Shown: positions 42,744-53,484, numbered from the stretch's first letter. The stretch is 64,000 bases of DNA from Nitrospirales bacterium (GCA_965203295.1 CBDBCZ010000019.1:1472001-1536000); one strand, 5' to 3'. Translations and numbers: made by a program. The notes: generated from the sequence alone by a model not told the origin.

Positions 42744-43660
42744 TATGGATTCGTTTCTAAGAATCGTTCAGCGTCGATGGCTGCCATACACCCTGATCCA
42801 GCCGCGGTCACGGCTTGCCGGTAGTGGGGGTCTTGTACATCGCCTGCGGCAAATACGCCGGGCACATTGGTGGATGTGCCATGTTGCGTTTGAAGATATC
42901 CATTGGCATCCATATCTAACTGGCCTTGGAATAAGCTTGTGTTCGGCTGGTGGCCAATCGCGACGAAGACACCTGCACAAGGAATTTCTGATGTTGTCTG
43001 AGTTTCAGTGTCTCGAACTCGCACACCACTGACCAGGCTCTCACCAAGAATCTCTTCTACGATTGCGTTCCACCGAAACACCAATTTGTCATTGTTAAAC
43101 GCTCTATCCTGCATGATCTTCGAGGCACGCAATTTGTCGCGACGGTGCACCACGGTGACTTTTGTCGCGAATTTTGTCAAAAATATGGCTTCTTCCAAAG
43201 CGCTATCTCCACCACCTACCACCACAAGTTCCTTCCCTCGGAAGAAAAACCCATCACAGGTGGCGCAAGTGGAAACGCCATGGCCCATAAGCTGACTTTC
43301 AGATGGTAAGCCAAGCAGATTGGCTGAAGCCCCGGTTGTGATAACCAATGTTTTTGTTTGAACTTCTTTCTCGTCGTTAATGGTCAGGGTGAAAGGGCGA
43401 GAACGTAAATCCACGGCGGTGAGATCGGCTCGCTCGAATGTCGTACCAAAGCGCTCGGCCTGATCACGCATATCCTGAATGAGTTGCGGACCTAAAATTC
43501 CACTGGGAAAACCCGGATAATTTTCCACATCAGTCGTCAGAATCAATTGCCCTCCGGCCTGTGCTCCTTCGAGAAGCAGAGGGGAGAGGGTGGCTCTGGA
43601 TGTATAAATAGCCGCAGTAAGGCCAGAGGGGCCTGATCCGACAATTACGACATTGTGCAT
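42743..43660 (-). CDS. trxB: Thioredoxin reductase
   Basis: [27 protein letters not shown]. Confidence 0.97.
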   Translation of the reverse strand: MHNVVIVGSGPSGLTAAIYTSRATLSPLLLEGAQAGGQLILTTDVENYPGFPSGILGPQLIQDMRDQAERFGTTFERADLTAVDLRSRPFTLTINDEKEVQTKTLVITTGASANLLGLPSESQLMGHGVSTCATCDGFFFRGKELVVVGGGDSALEEAIFLTKFATKVTVVHRRDKLRASKIMQDRAFNNDKLVFRWNAIVEEILGESLVSGVRVRDTETQTTSEIPCAGVFVAIGHQPNTSLFQGQLDMDANGYLQTQHGTSTNVPGVFAAGDVQDPHYRQAVTAAGSGCMAAIDAERFLETNP

Positions 43661-43768
43661 GACATCTCCTTCTTAGCAGTTTGATGATGAAACGGAATTC
43701 TTAACCGACCCGAAGAATGTCGAGAGGTGATCTATCTCACTTTTTCCCTAGTAAGAAATTATTGACAA

Positions 43769-44404
43769 TCAATCAGAAGAGGTACTGACACGATTCCGGC
43801 ATTGGGCTTGCTGGCGGAACTTCTGATAAAGATCTTGCACAATGGGTTGAAGTTGCTTGAGAGGCACCGTGCCGTCAATCACGTAATCCGCATATCGGAG
43901 TTTTTGGGGTAAAGGCATCTGGCCACGAATGCGGCTTAATGCCTGTCGTCTCGTGAGGCCGTCTCTTAGAACGGCACGAGACAATTGAGTTTCTCTGTTG
44001 GCAGTGACGACGATGACACGGTCCATTCGTTGATGGGCTTCAGCTTCGATAAGCATAGTGGCATCATAGATAATCACTGCGTCAGGATCTTCTTTCGCAA
44101 GCTGCCGAGTGATTTTGGCTTGTTCGCGAGCAACTCTGGGATGTACAAGACCGTTGAGCGTTCGCAGAAGTTTTGGATTCTGAAAAACTCGAGAGGCCAA
44201 GGCAGCTCGATTTACTGTCCGGTCAGGGTGCAAGACGTTCTTTCCAAAGGCCTTGACAAGGTCTTTCCACGCTGCTCGATGTGGTGCGACCACCTGACGT
44301 GCTAAGATATCGGCATCAATAACTTTGGCCCCCAATCGTTGAAATAAGGCGGCAATGGAGGTTTTCCCTGTTGCCAAGCCACCAGTTAGCCCAACTAAGA
44401 GCAT
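43769..44404 (-). CDS. coaE: Dephospho-CoA kinase
   Basis: VGLTGGLATGKT, IDAD, VHP.V. Confidence 0.93.
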   Translation of the reverse strand: MLLVGLTGGLATGKTSIAALFQRLGAKVIDADILARQVVAPHRAAWKDLVKAFGKNVLHPDRTVNRAALASRVFQNPKLLRTLNGLVHPRVAREQAKITRQLAKEDPDAVIIYDATMLIEAEAHQRMDRVIVVTANRETQLSRAVLRDGLTRRQALSRIRGQMPLPQKLRYADYVIDGTVPLKQLQPIVQDLYQKFRQQAQCRNRVSTSSD

Positions 44405-44504
44405 AACGCAACCATACCATAGAAATTTTGATGCTCACAAGAAAGAGAAGAAGCAGAAGACTTGACGGTTAAGCTAAACATCCTATATTTGCCTACTGAC
44501 TATC

Positions 44505-45626
44505 GTGATATTCAAGTATGGCTTTAAGTTTATGGAAAGGGAAAAGACTATTCCAATGCAATTATTAAAGAGATGTAGCAAGAATTTTGATTTTCGTTGG
44601 GATGTGATCTTCTTTCTGGGTTTCTCTCTCAGCATGGGACCTGTTATTGCTTGGACTGCGGAATCATCTGAATTTGGTGATCATAACCACCTTCCTCCTT
44701 CTCAATGGACGGTGGCAGTGGATGGCACTGGCCAGTTTGTGTCCATTCAAGAGGCCATTGACCAAGCCGAACCGGGAGCAACCATTTTCATCAAAAAAGG
44801 TCGTTATCAAGAAGATGTCACTGTTTACAGTAAAGAAAATCTCAAAGTGATCGGTGAGGGGATGGACCTGGTCACGATTACAGGGCTTGAGCGTGTGGGC
44901 ACGTTACACATTGGCAAATGGCCGTACGGGGCCACGAATGTGGAAATCCAAAACATGACCATTCATCAGCATGGCGGATTAGGGGTAGGCATTTTTAATG
45001 GATCAGGGGTGGTGCTGCGAAACATTCGTATCAAAGGAATGATCTTTGGGCAACAAGTCAACGGAGTGCGAATAGAAGACTCGATCATTGGGGGTAGTGA
45101 GACCACAGGTGTGGCTTTTGCCAATACCCAGGCTATACTAGTCGGCAACGTGATTCATGACAATGATCACGGCGTTGCGGTCGGTGGGACTTCGCAGGTA
45201 TCCCTCAAATACAATGTCATTACACGGAGTTTGTTCGAAGCGGTGCTTGTCACCGACCAAACTCATGTAACATTGGTGCAAAACACATTAATTAAAAATG
45301 GAGGCGGGGTAAGCTTTCAAAATGAAACGGTGGGGGAGGTTCGTGGAAATATTGTTGGGGACAGTAAAGCCGCGTTTACCTTTTCGCCCAAAAGCCAAAT
45401 CGCGCTATCCGTCAATGCTCTGCATAACAATGAAAGGGACTATCTCATGGAAGAGGGGTCACCCAAAGAGACGTCTCTTGCATATGGAAAGACAGATTTT
45501 CACCTGGCTCCGAAATTCGTTGACCCTGAAAAAGGTGACTTTCGCCTTCAACCCGATACTCCTCTCCGAGAGATAGGTAGGTTTCCTTACCTTGGCGCTC
45601 TTCCGCCTATGGATACTGCACCGTAA
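44505..45626 (+). CDS. Exported right-handed beta-helix repeat protein
   Basis: VAVDGTGQF.SIQEAID..IKKGRYQE; PbH repeats; GDFRLQPD; start uncertain. Confidence 0.8.
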   Translation: MIFKYGFKFMEREKTIPMQLLKRCSKNFDFRWDVIFFLGFSLSMGPVIAWTAESSEFGDHNHLPPSQWTVAVDGTGQFVSIQEAIDQAEPGATIFIKKGRYQEDVTVYSKENLKVIGEGMDLVTITGLERVGTLHIGKWPYGATNVEIQNMTIHQHGGLGVGIFNGSGVVLRNIRIKGMIFGQQVNGVRIEDSIIGGSETTGVAFANTQAILVGNVIHDNDHGVAVGGTSQVSLKYNVITRSLFEAVLVTDQTHVTLVQNTLIKNGGGVSFQNETVGEVRGNIVGDSKAAFTFSPKSQIALSVNALHNNERDYLMEEGSPKETSLAYGKTDFHLAPKFVDPEKGDFRLQPDTPLREIGRFPYLGALPPMDTAP

Positions 45627-45779
45627 TTCACGGTCCTATCGAGTCTCTCTAACTAAACAGACCTGATAAATTCTGATTTTAAGTCTCTTTATCTCTCTAT
45701 CCACAAAGAATGTGAGTCATCACAAGGATGGGTCAAGAGGTCCATCTGCACGAGGAAACGAGATCAGGAAGACCTATGT

Positions 45780-46550
45780 TCACTCCCGAGCTTTTAAATG
45801 GAGCAAACCTCTGACTGTCATGACAAAATTCTTAAGAAATGTCATTCCTAGTAATCCCGACACTCCGGAAATGGCTTCCGGTAGATCATGGGCTGAGACG
45901 GAAACATTTTGAGCTTCAGCTCCTCCAACTTGCATATGGGCGACATGGGTGATGCTGACTTGAACCTGACCTCTCGCTGTGTTGACTGTGCTAATGTCGT
46001 TCTCGGACCCTGATAATAGCCCTAACTCGGTTGCCACATCATAGGAAAGCACGGTCATGGTAGCACTAGTATCGACGATGAGATGAACATCTCGGGTTTG
46101 GTTGAGACGAGCTTGAACCACATGGGATCCACCGATCTTGGTCAAGCGAACGGTAATTGGAGGAGGTCCCTCTGATTTCTTTTTAGAGGAGGTTTGTTTT
46201 TCTTCATTGTGCCTTGAAGTGGGATCGCCCTGATGTGGCACTTGTGGCCTCGTCATTCTTTGAGATCGCTTGTGGGTAGCCCTCGATCTTGGAGGTGGAG
46301 TCTTAGCACGGGTTGGTTTTGAGGAAGAAGATTTCAATCGAGAATTATTCTCAATTGGCTGGCAGTTGTAGAGTTGAGCCGGGCTATCGGTATGGACGGT
46401 GATCCCATCTTCATCAAGACATCGATAGATTGTTGCCCAGCTCTGCTGTAGAAGGATCAACATACTTCCCTGAATGAAAAAACAGATGATGAGAACGGCA
46501 GTCGTGAAAACAGGGGTTTTGACTATCGCTTTGAGTTGGGAGGAAGACAT
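45780..46550 (-). CDS. Clan AA (retropepsin-like) aspartyl protease with DUF4124-like N-domain, possibly degenerate
   Basis: IYRC.DEDG..HTDSP; IVDTSAT (DTG expected); GLLGMTFL. Confidence 0.7.
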   Translation of the reverse strand: MSSSQLKAIVKTPVFTTAVLIICFFIQGSMLILLQQSWATIYRCLDEDGITVHTDSPAQLYNCQPIENNSRLKSSSSKPTRAKTPPPRSRATHKRSQRMTRPQVPHQGDPTSRHNEEKQTSSKKKSEGPPPITVRLTKIGGSHVVQARLNQTRDVHLIVDTSATMTVLSYDVATELGLLSGSENDISTVNTARGQVQVSITHVAHMQVGGAEAQNVSVSAHDLPEAISGVSGLLGMTFLKNFVMTVRGLLHLKARE

Positions 46551-46629
46551 CCTATAGGACTCCCAACAGCCCTTGGGATGAAGTACATTGCCTCAGTGAG
46601 GCCTGAGACACGTACTATTACCCTTGAGG

Positions 46630-47217
46630 CTAAGACTCGGATTCAGGTTCCATCTTACTTTCCGAATCAGACGAGTCTTCATGTATGGGATCTTGGGGTT
46701 GAGAATTAGTTGATTCTCTAGCCTGAAACGTAATCGCGGCGTAGGTTGCTGCTCCTTTAAAGTGTTCTTGGTCAAGAGGTACTTCTTTACTTGAACTCCT
46801 GACCCCGCGTATTTGTCCTCTAACTTTTATGAAGTCAAAAAGCTTTCCTGTGATTGGGTCATCGTATGCCACAGGCAAGTAGCGTTTGGGTTTCTTGGTA
46901 AGGTCTTCTAATTTAAGCGGATATTTATTCTCACGTATGACCGTTTGAACTCCATGATCGGCTGTGAACCGCTCAATAGCCTTCTGTATCCGAGTCCCAC
47001 GAAAAAAAAGCTCAGCCTCCCGATCCCGTTTTATGATCACTGAGCAATGCTGGCCTAAGGCCATTAAGGAGATGCCGATAATGATAATAAACATAACCAG
47101 TAAATACGTCATTCCTTTTTGATTAGCGAGTAGACGTATCGAAAAAGATCGTTTGAGTGAGTTGCGAATTGTTGAGGTGAAGGGGGGGGATGGTGAAGAG
47201 ATAGGTTTTAATTTCAT
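46630..47217 (-). CDS. Type II secretion pseudopilin-like protein
   Basis: QKG/MTY + hydrophobic helix, REAELFFRG, YP..LEDL, YDDPIT, IRGVRS.S; start probably downstream of 47217. Confidence 0.7.
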   Translation of the reverse strand: MKLKPISSPSPPFTSTIRNSLKRSFSIRLLANQKGMTYLLVMFIIIIGISLMALGQHCSVIIKRDREAELFFRGTRIQKAIERFTADHGVQTVIRENKYPLKLEDLTKKPKRYLPVAYDDPITGKLFDFIKVRGQIRGVRSSSKEVPLDQEHFKGAATYAAITFQARESTNSQPQDPIHEDSSDSESKMEPESES

Positions 47218-47288
47218 GACTATCCAGTCGTCTTTTGGTTATTTCATTCATACCTCCGCTTCCTATAGACGGGGAGTTCTGGTTACTT

Positions 47289-47958
47289 TTAAAAAGGCCA
47301 GCTCTCTTCTTTCCAAGCCATTTCCCAAAACATCCACTCATAGCGCGAACTTAAGAGAAAAGCCTCGAGCATTCGTTTTTTTTTCTTCTCGTCCGGCAGT
47401 TTTTGCCAATACATCCACTACTTGACGCATCCATTCCCCTACTTCCGCGAATTCAGGTGACCCATACATCATGAGCCAATCTCTGTAGGGATGCTTGGAA
47501 GGGGGTTCCCCTTTCCTCAAAAGATGTTGGCCAATTACACAATACACCCATGCACAGGGTAAAGCGACAACGATCAATTCGCAGAGAGAGCCCTGTTGGG
47601 CCACGCTTCGCATATGGCGAGTATAGGCGTAATTGGTCGGCGCCATGGAAGTTTGTCGCATGGTTTTTTCGGACAACTTCCATTTCTTACCATAATTTTC
47701 ATGGAGGCCCTTTTCAACTGTGATGGTTTCCTCAACAAGTTTGGCAAATCGCAACGCCACTTCCGGATCAGTCGCTTTTTGTGCTCCAAGGGCAAACATT
47801 CGTGCTAGTTCTTCCAAGAACCGGGCATCTTGAAGAATGTAGAATTGAAATTTTCTCAATGGTAAGGTCCCATGTCCCAATGACACCACAAATGGGTGCG
47901 TTAACTGAGCCTTCCAGATTGGCTCGACATGTTTTCGCAACTGATCAGAAAATCTCAT
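47289..47958 (-). pseudogene. tenA: Thiaminase II TenA, frameshifted near the C-terminus
   Basis: HPFV..GTL..FYILQD, LPCAWVY, Y.DW..Y; +1 in T9 run 47376-47384 displaces SSRYEWMFWEMAW. Confidence 0.85.
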
Positions 47959-48040
47959 TGTATTTGGTCCTTTTTCATCTTCAGCGGATTAAGAGCTAAT
48001 TCATATGGCCACAAATCGTGGAAATTGGGTATGCCGATCC

Positions 48041-48733
48041 TTATGGCGATGAGGATTCTGAAGATTTCCTCATGAGGGCGCGGGCTGCTGTAAAAGCGGC
48101 TTCCATATCTGGCATGTGGCCGAGGTTTGGCGTCACCTGAAGATAACGAATCACATTTTGTGAGTCCACGACGAGCACCGCACGAGCCAGAAGATGTGGT
48201 TCTTTAAGGAGTAAGCCGTGAGTCTGTCCAAAGTGCCCTCCTCGATAATCTGAAAGGAAGGTCACGTTGTGAATGTTTGCCTCTTTGGCAAAACGGTCTT
48301 GGGCGAAGGGAGTATCAACACTGATGGTTATTAAATCTACCGAGGAGTCAAGTCCTTGATTCCGCTCGCTTAAATAATGAGTCTGCTGTTCACAGACTTT
48401 TGTATCAATAGAAGGAACGACATTAATAATCCGTGGCCTCCCAGTGTTTTCTACTACATCGATAAGAGATAAATCCTTACTGGCGACTGAGACATGCCGA
48501 AGGTGGTCACCTGGTGAAATGCCTTTCCCGCTCAGGGCAAGATTGCTCCCACGAAATTGGACGCTATTTCCTTCGCCTGATCCGATGGTTCCTTTTGCAA
48601 TAGGGATGTCTTGATAAAGAAATGTATCATTTTGGGTATGGGGCGCTTTTGCACAGGCTCCTAAAAATACGAAGTGTAAACAGAGAATGACGATAAGGTA
48701 GAAGGTCATGCGTTCCGTGACCATGGTTGACAC
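48041..48733 (-). CDS. tpx: Thiol peroxidase (Tpx family) with a lipoprotein signal
   Basis: VPSIDTKVC..QT, ISVDTPFAQ.RF, LSDYR, LARAV; lipobox LGAC. Confidence 0.85.
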   Translation of the reverse strand: MSTMVTERMTFYLIVILCLHFVFLGACAKAPHTQNDTFLYQDIPIAKGTIGSGEGNSVQFRGSNLALSGKGISPGDHLRHVSVASKDLSLIDVVENTGRPRIINVVPSIDTKVCEQQTHYLSERNQGLDSSVDLITISVDTPFAQDRFAKEANIHNVTFLSDYRGGHFGQTHGLLLKEPHLLARAVLVVDSQNVIRYLQVTPNLGHMPDMEAAFTAARALMRKSSESSSP

Positions 48734-48791
48734 TCCATTCCCGAGGTGAGTGACTTTATTCTAGGGGATTCTCAAAGCCTTGTCATCCATT

Positions 48792-48867
48792 CAAGACTGT
48801 TGAAAAGTCAGGGATTTGTTGAATGAAAAGTTCCTAAATAGGAAATCTTGAATTTTTCAATAGATTG
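48792..48867. mobile_element. Possible degenerate ~75-bp MITE
   Basis: Imperfect terminal inverted repeats CTGTTGAAAA / TTTTCAATAG. Confidence 0.3.
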
Positions 48868-48871
48868 TGGG

Positions 48872-49777
48872 TCAAAGAGAGGAATGAGCAAGGAAATTCG
48901 TTATAAGGTTGTTGACCTGAATGGGCTTCTCTCATTGTGGAATATGCCCAGCATCTTGAATGACGTGAAATGATGAATCCGAAATGATTTGGCGAAGACT
49001 CCTCCCGACAGTCTGAGGAAATAACCGATCTTCTGATCCCCAGATAATTAAGGTTGAATGGTGAACTTGCTTCAAACGAAGACCGAATCCCTGCTCCCAT
49101 TGGGGGAGGTGATCAAGAAGGGAAAAAAGAGGAGGAAGGAAGTCTGAGTTCTGCTTGTTTTGGTAGGACCGTTCAATAACCGATGGAGTGAGGAGTTCTT
49201 GGTTATAGACAATTTCTTCTAAATTCATTTTGGTGAGCCAATGTCCCCCAAACCAATTACCGACTTTGGCTAACCAAATTGGGGGGCGATGGTTGATGAG
49301 CCCTTCATAGTGATCCGACGTGAGATTTTGAGAAATATTAGCAGGGAATCCTGAAATGAGAATGAGGCGATCTACGCGTTTTAGGTAACGGAGAGCCATC
49401 CCTAATGCCAATCCTACTCCTAGGGAATTTTCCACCAAAGTGGCATGGTCAAGTCCTAGATTATCCATAAAACCTCGAAAAGACTCTATTAACGTGTTCG
49501 GTGAATAGGGGATGTTGGGTTTGTCGGATCGTCCACATCCTAAGAGGTCGAGAGTGATGACGCGGAAGTTCGAGCTAAGACCGGTTAGTTGTTGTTCCCA
49601 ATGCCATCGTGCTCCTCCAAAGCCATGAATGAGGACGAGGGGAGAACCCTGTCCTATGTCTTGGTAGGCGATGCGGTGTCCATCAACGAGAACAGTTTGT
49701 AATCGTGAATCGTGGGATAAGTGGTTTGGTGTGGGATGCGGTGAGGTAGTGATACACCCTGTAATATGAATGAACAC
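48872..49777 (-). pseudogene. Alpha/beta hydrolase with a late nonsense codon
   Basis: LIHGFGG, DLLGCGRS, VENSLG (GxSxG altered), GHIPQ*EKP (TGA 48932-48934), continuing to TGA 48872. Confidence 0.75.
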
Positions 49778-49872
49778 AAAAATCAGACATCAACCATACA
49801 TAAGGTTTTGAAAAATTAGCGTTCCCCAGAAGGTCAGATTGAAACAGAATATTTCTGTATGTCAAATGATAT

Positions 49873-49997
49873 GCAGGATGTTCAAAAAGGCCTGTCCGGC
49901 AAGTCCGGAGGCAACGAGTCCCCTGAGGCGGCCAGGTGACTACGTTGAGGGGCTTGAGCAACGACAACGCCGCTGGTGGGATTTATTAACATCGTGC
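49873..49997. mobile_element. ~125-bp MITE-like repeat of the type dispersed in Nitrospira genomes, degenerate
   Basis: TIRs GCAGGATGTTCAAAAA / TTTATTAACATCGTGC (13/16 match), followed by TAG; internal TACGTTGAG and AACGCCGCTGG blocks. Confidence 0.65.
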
Positions 49998-50021
49998 TAG
50001 GCAATTCTGGGATGCTACCAG

Positions 50022-51971
50022 TCACTCCACGTGAATCAGTGTTTCCTCGGTATTTACGTCATCGCCTTCTTTAATCAAAATATTTTTCACGGTACCATCG
50101 ATTGGAGCAGAGACACGATTTTCCATTTTCATGGCCTCGATGACGATCAGGGGATCTCCGGCTTTAACCTGCTCATCAACAGAAACTAGAATTTTGACGA
50201 CCCTCCCAGGAATTGGAGTCGTGACATCTCCGGGTTTCGAAGGCTTAGGGCGTGATCCTGTGGCTGGTCCTGGTCCTGTTGAAATTGGGGACTCGGCTCC
50301 TCCTGCTAAAACTTCTTGAATCGGCTCTAAATAGACTTCTTCAAGCTTATCATCAACTTTAATGTAATAGGGTTTTCGCCCATCCACGGTTTGGCCTGAT
50401 CCGGATACTCGAATGTGGTAAGACTCTCCATGGAGTATGACTTTAAACTCTACCGGAGCCAAATGAAGTTCACGCGCAATGGCCGGCTCACTTTCTGTTA
50501 ATGGTTCTAACTTTTCGGGTTTGAGTTCTCCACGTTCCCGTTCATCAAAATATTGTAAGGCAATAGAGGGAAAGAGCGCGTAGGTAATGACATCCTCTGG
50601 GGAAACCTCTTTTTGCGAGAGCTCATGCTGTGCATTCTGGAGTTCTGGTTCTATATTGTCCGCCGGTCTTCCTGTAAGAGGGTGCTCTCCTTCCAGCGAC
50701 TTTTTTCTGATTTTGGAATCGAGTGTTCCAGGAGGTTTGCCATAAAGGCCTAGAAAGTAATTTTTCGTTTCATTGGTAATAACTTTGTACCGTTCTCCAG
50801 TGCGTACGTTGAGGGTCGCTTGGGTGCCCACAATTTGGCTTGTCGGAGTAACCAAAGGGGGATACCCCATCTCTTTTCGTACGCGCGGGATTTCATTTAA
50901 CACTTCTTTGATCTTGTCTAACGAATCTTGTTCTGCCAATTGCGAAGCCAAGTTTGAAAGCATTCCACCTGGAACCTGGGAAACAAGGATGTCGGTATCC
51001 ACACCGGTAAAATCACTTTCAAATTGATGGTATTTTTTGCGCGCTATTCGAAGATGTTCAGCGACAGGCGTCAGACTGCCGAGGTTTAAACCCGTATCAT
51101 AAGGTGTCCCCTGCAAGGCAGCGATGAAGGATTCCGTCGGAGGATGGGATGTGCCCCCTGCAAGCGGAGACATGGCAGTATCCAGGATATCCAATCCTCC
51201 TAAAACAGCCATTAACGCCGACATTGAGGCCATTCCCGACGTATAGTGTGTATGTAAATGAATAGGAATATGAACAGTCGCTTTGAGGCGTTTGACGAGT
51301 TCATAGGCTTCGAATGGAGGGAGGAGACCTGCCATATCCTTGATGCACAGCGTGTCCGTTCCGAGTTCTTCTAACCGTACAGCCTGTTCGACAAAATGAT
51401 TCAGGCTATGAACTGGGCTGACGGTATAACAAATCGTGCCTTCGACATGTTTGCCACATTCTTTCACCACTTTCATGGCATGTGTCATGTTTCGGATATC
51501 GTTCAGAGCATCAAAAATCCGAAAGACATCAATCCCATTTTCTGCAGACCGCTCGATAAACGTTTCTAGCACATCATCGGCATAATGGCGGTATCCGACT
51601 AAATTTTGTCCACGCAAGAGCATTTGTAACCTCGTGTTCGGCACAGCTGCGCGAAATGCTCTGAGTCGTTCCCACGGATCTTCTTTCAAGAAACGGATGC
51701 AGGAGTCGAATGTGGCTCCTCCCCATACTTCAAGAGACCAAAATCCCACAGAGTCGAGTTTCTCCGCTGCCGGCAACAGATCTTCCGTCCGCATTCGTGT
51801 CGCCAGCAACGATTGGTGTCCATCTCGCAACGCCACGTCGGTCAGGTGCAATTTTCGTCCTGGAGATGAATCGATCTCGAAATCTGGGGTTGGTTTCGTT
51901 GGGGCCTTTCGGTTTTTAGGGAACTGTGTTGCTTTTTTCCCTTTGGTTTTTGTTAGCTTGTTTGTAGACAT
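50022..51971 (-). CDS. pycB: Pyruvate carboxylase subunit B (carboxyltransferase plus biotin carrier)
   Basis: RDGHQSLLATR, EVWGGATF, EDPWERL, IKDMAG, HTH, VTPTSQIVG, EAMKMEN. Confidence 0.88.
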   Translation of the reverse strand: MSTNKLTKTKGKKATQFPKNRKAPTKPTPDFEIDSSPGRKLHLTDVALRDGHQSLLATRMRTEDLLPAAEKLDSVGFWSLEVWGGATFDSCIRFLKEDPWERLRAFRAAVPNTRLQMLLRGQNLVGYRHYADDVLETFIERSAENGIDVFRIFDALNDIRNMTHAMKVVKECGKHVEGTICYTVSPVHSLNHFVEQAVRLEELGTDTLCIKDMAGLLPPFEAYELVKRLKATVHIPIHLHTHYTSGMASMSALMAVLGGLDILDTAMSPLAGGTSHPPTESFIAALQGTPYDTGLNLGSLTPVAEHLRIARKKYHQFESDFTGVDTDILVSQVPGGMLSNLASQLAEQDSLDKIKEVLNEIPRVRKEMGYPPLVTPTSQIVGTQATLNVRTGERYKVITNETKNYFLGLYGKPPGTLDSKIRKKSLEGEHPLTGRPADNIEPELQNAQHELSQKEVSPEDVITYALFPSIALQYFDERERGELKPEKLEPLTESEPAIARELHLAPVEFKVILHGESYHIRVSGSGQTVDGRKPYYIKVDDKLEEVYLEPIQEVLAGGAESPISTGPGPATGSRPKPSKPGDVTTPIPGRVVKILVSVDEQVKAGDPLIVIEAMKMENRVSAPIDGTVKNILIKEGDDVNTEETLIHVE

Positions 51972-52065
51972 AATGATCCTTTGGTCTAAAAAACAGCAGA
52001 TTCCCTATCAAAATGAATAGACCTATTGGTGCTAATGGTCTTGGTTGAGATGGACATTATAATCC

Positions 52066-53484
52066 TTATAATCCTTCGAATGCGGCAATGGCCGAAGATA
52101 AGGCAATCACTAAATCCTCAGGTTCTAAAATTTCTTCATACTCAAACACACCAGGGTGACGTTCTAGGTAAGCCGTATCAAATCTCCCAGCCCTGAAATC
52201 AGACTCCTCCATGATTTTCATCAGAAAAGGAATGGTGGTTTTGACTCCCCTCAGAACAAATTCTTCAAGGGAACGATGCGTGCGACGCACAACTTCATCC
52301 CATGTCCTTCCACGGACGGTCATTTTTGCCAACAATGCGTCATAATAGGGCGGAACGGTGTAGTCTTTGTAGACCGCACCATCAATACGGACTCCAATTC
52401 CACCAGGGGAGAGATAGGAGGTGATTTTTCCCGAAGAAGGGCGAAACCCATTTTGTGGGTCCTCTGCGTTAATGCGGCACTGCATTGCGTACCCTTGGAG
52501 ATTGATTTCATGCTGGCCAAACATCAACGGACGTCCATCAGCAATCCAAATTTGGGATTGAACGATATCCACATTGGTAATTTGTTCTGTCACCGTGTGT
52601 TCCACCTGGATTCTGGGGTTCATCTCTAAAAAATAGTATTGCCCGTCAGCATCGAGTAAAAATTCGATGGTGCCGGCATTCGTGAATCCGGCAGCACGAG
52701 CTAACGTAATGGCTGCCTCTCCCATTTCTGCCCGGAGTTTCGGTTTTAAGACCAAGGAGGGTGCAATTTCAATGAGCTTTTGGTGGCGACGTTGGATTGA
52801 ACAATCTCGTTCGCCAAGGTGAACGACATAGCCATTGTTATCTGCTAGTAATTGAAATTCGATGTGGTGAGGACGTTCAACATATTTTTCTAAGAACAAA
52901 TCAGCATTTCCAAATGCCGCCAAAGCCTCTCGCGATCCTGATTCCATCGCAGACTGGAGTTCATCATCGGATTGGACAACGCGTAATCCCCGTCCTCCTC
53001 CGCCTGCACTGGCTTTCACCATCATGGGATACCCTGTTGCGTGACAAAACTTGAGCGCCTCTTCCAGGCTTTTTACTGGGGCATCGGTTCCAGGGACCAC
53101 GGGAACTCCCACGGATTTGGCTAATTCCCGAGCTTGGACTTTATTCCCCAGGAGTGTTAGGGCTTGTGAAGAGGGACCAATGAAAGAAATGTCGGTATTT
53201 TGGCATAGAGCAGCAAATTCGGGGTTCTCTGCTAAAAACCCATATCCCGGATGGATCGCATCAGCACCGATCCGTTTCGCTAATCCCACAATTTGGTGAG
53301 CGTCCAAAAAGCCCTGAGTAGGGCCAGGCCCCACAAGATAGGCTTCATTGGCCTTTTTGACGTAAATGGCGGTTGCATCGCATTCTGCGTAGATAGCGAC
53401 AGTGGCAATATTGAGCTCCCGGCAGGCACGGATAACCCGCATTGCGATTTCGCCTCGGTTAGCTATGAGAATCTTTCGAAACAT
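52066..53484 (-). CDS. pycA: Pyruvate carboxylase subunit A (biotin carboxylase)
   Basis: ANRGEIA, CSIQRRHQK, EMNPRIQVEH; C-terminal ..AIAAFEGL tail; upstream of pycB. Confidence 0.85.
   Translation of the reverse strand: MFRKILIANRGEIAMRVIRACRELNIATVAIYAECDATAIYVKKANEAYLVGPGPTQGFLDAHQIVGLAKRIGADAIHPGYGFLAENPEFAALCQNTDISFIGPSSQALTLLGNKVQARELAKSVGVPVVPGTDAPVKSLEEALKFCHATGYPMMVKASAGGGGRGLRVVQSDDELQSAMESGSREALAAFGNADLFLEKYVERPHHIEFQLLADNNGYVVHLGERDCSIQRRHQKLIEIAPSLVLKPKLRAEMGEAAITLARAAGFTNAGTIEFLLDADGQYYFLEMNPRIQVEHTVTEQITNVDIVQSQIWIADGRPLMFGQHEINLQGYAMQCRINAEDPQNGFRPSSGKITSYLSPGGIGVRIDGAVYKDYTVPPYYDALLAKMTVRGRTWDEVVRRTHRSLEEFVLRGVKTTIPFLMKIMEESDFRAGRFDTAYLERHPGVFEYEEILEPEDLVIALSSAIAAFEGL

Noticed and set aside
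47959..48040. TPP riboswitch upstream of tenA (and preQ1 riboswitch upstream of queC)
   Set aside because: No recognisable aptamer core was found by eye, and the tenA leader is very short.
50022..53484. 2-oxoglutarate carboxylase rather than pyruvate carboxylase
   Set aside because: The large subunit keeps the canonical pyruvate-carboxyltransferase motifs (RDGHQSLLATR, KDMAG, HTH). A phylogeny would be needed to exclude it completely.
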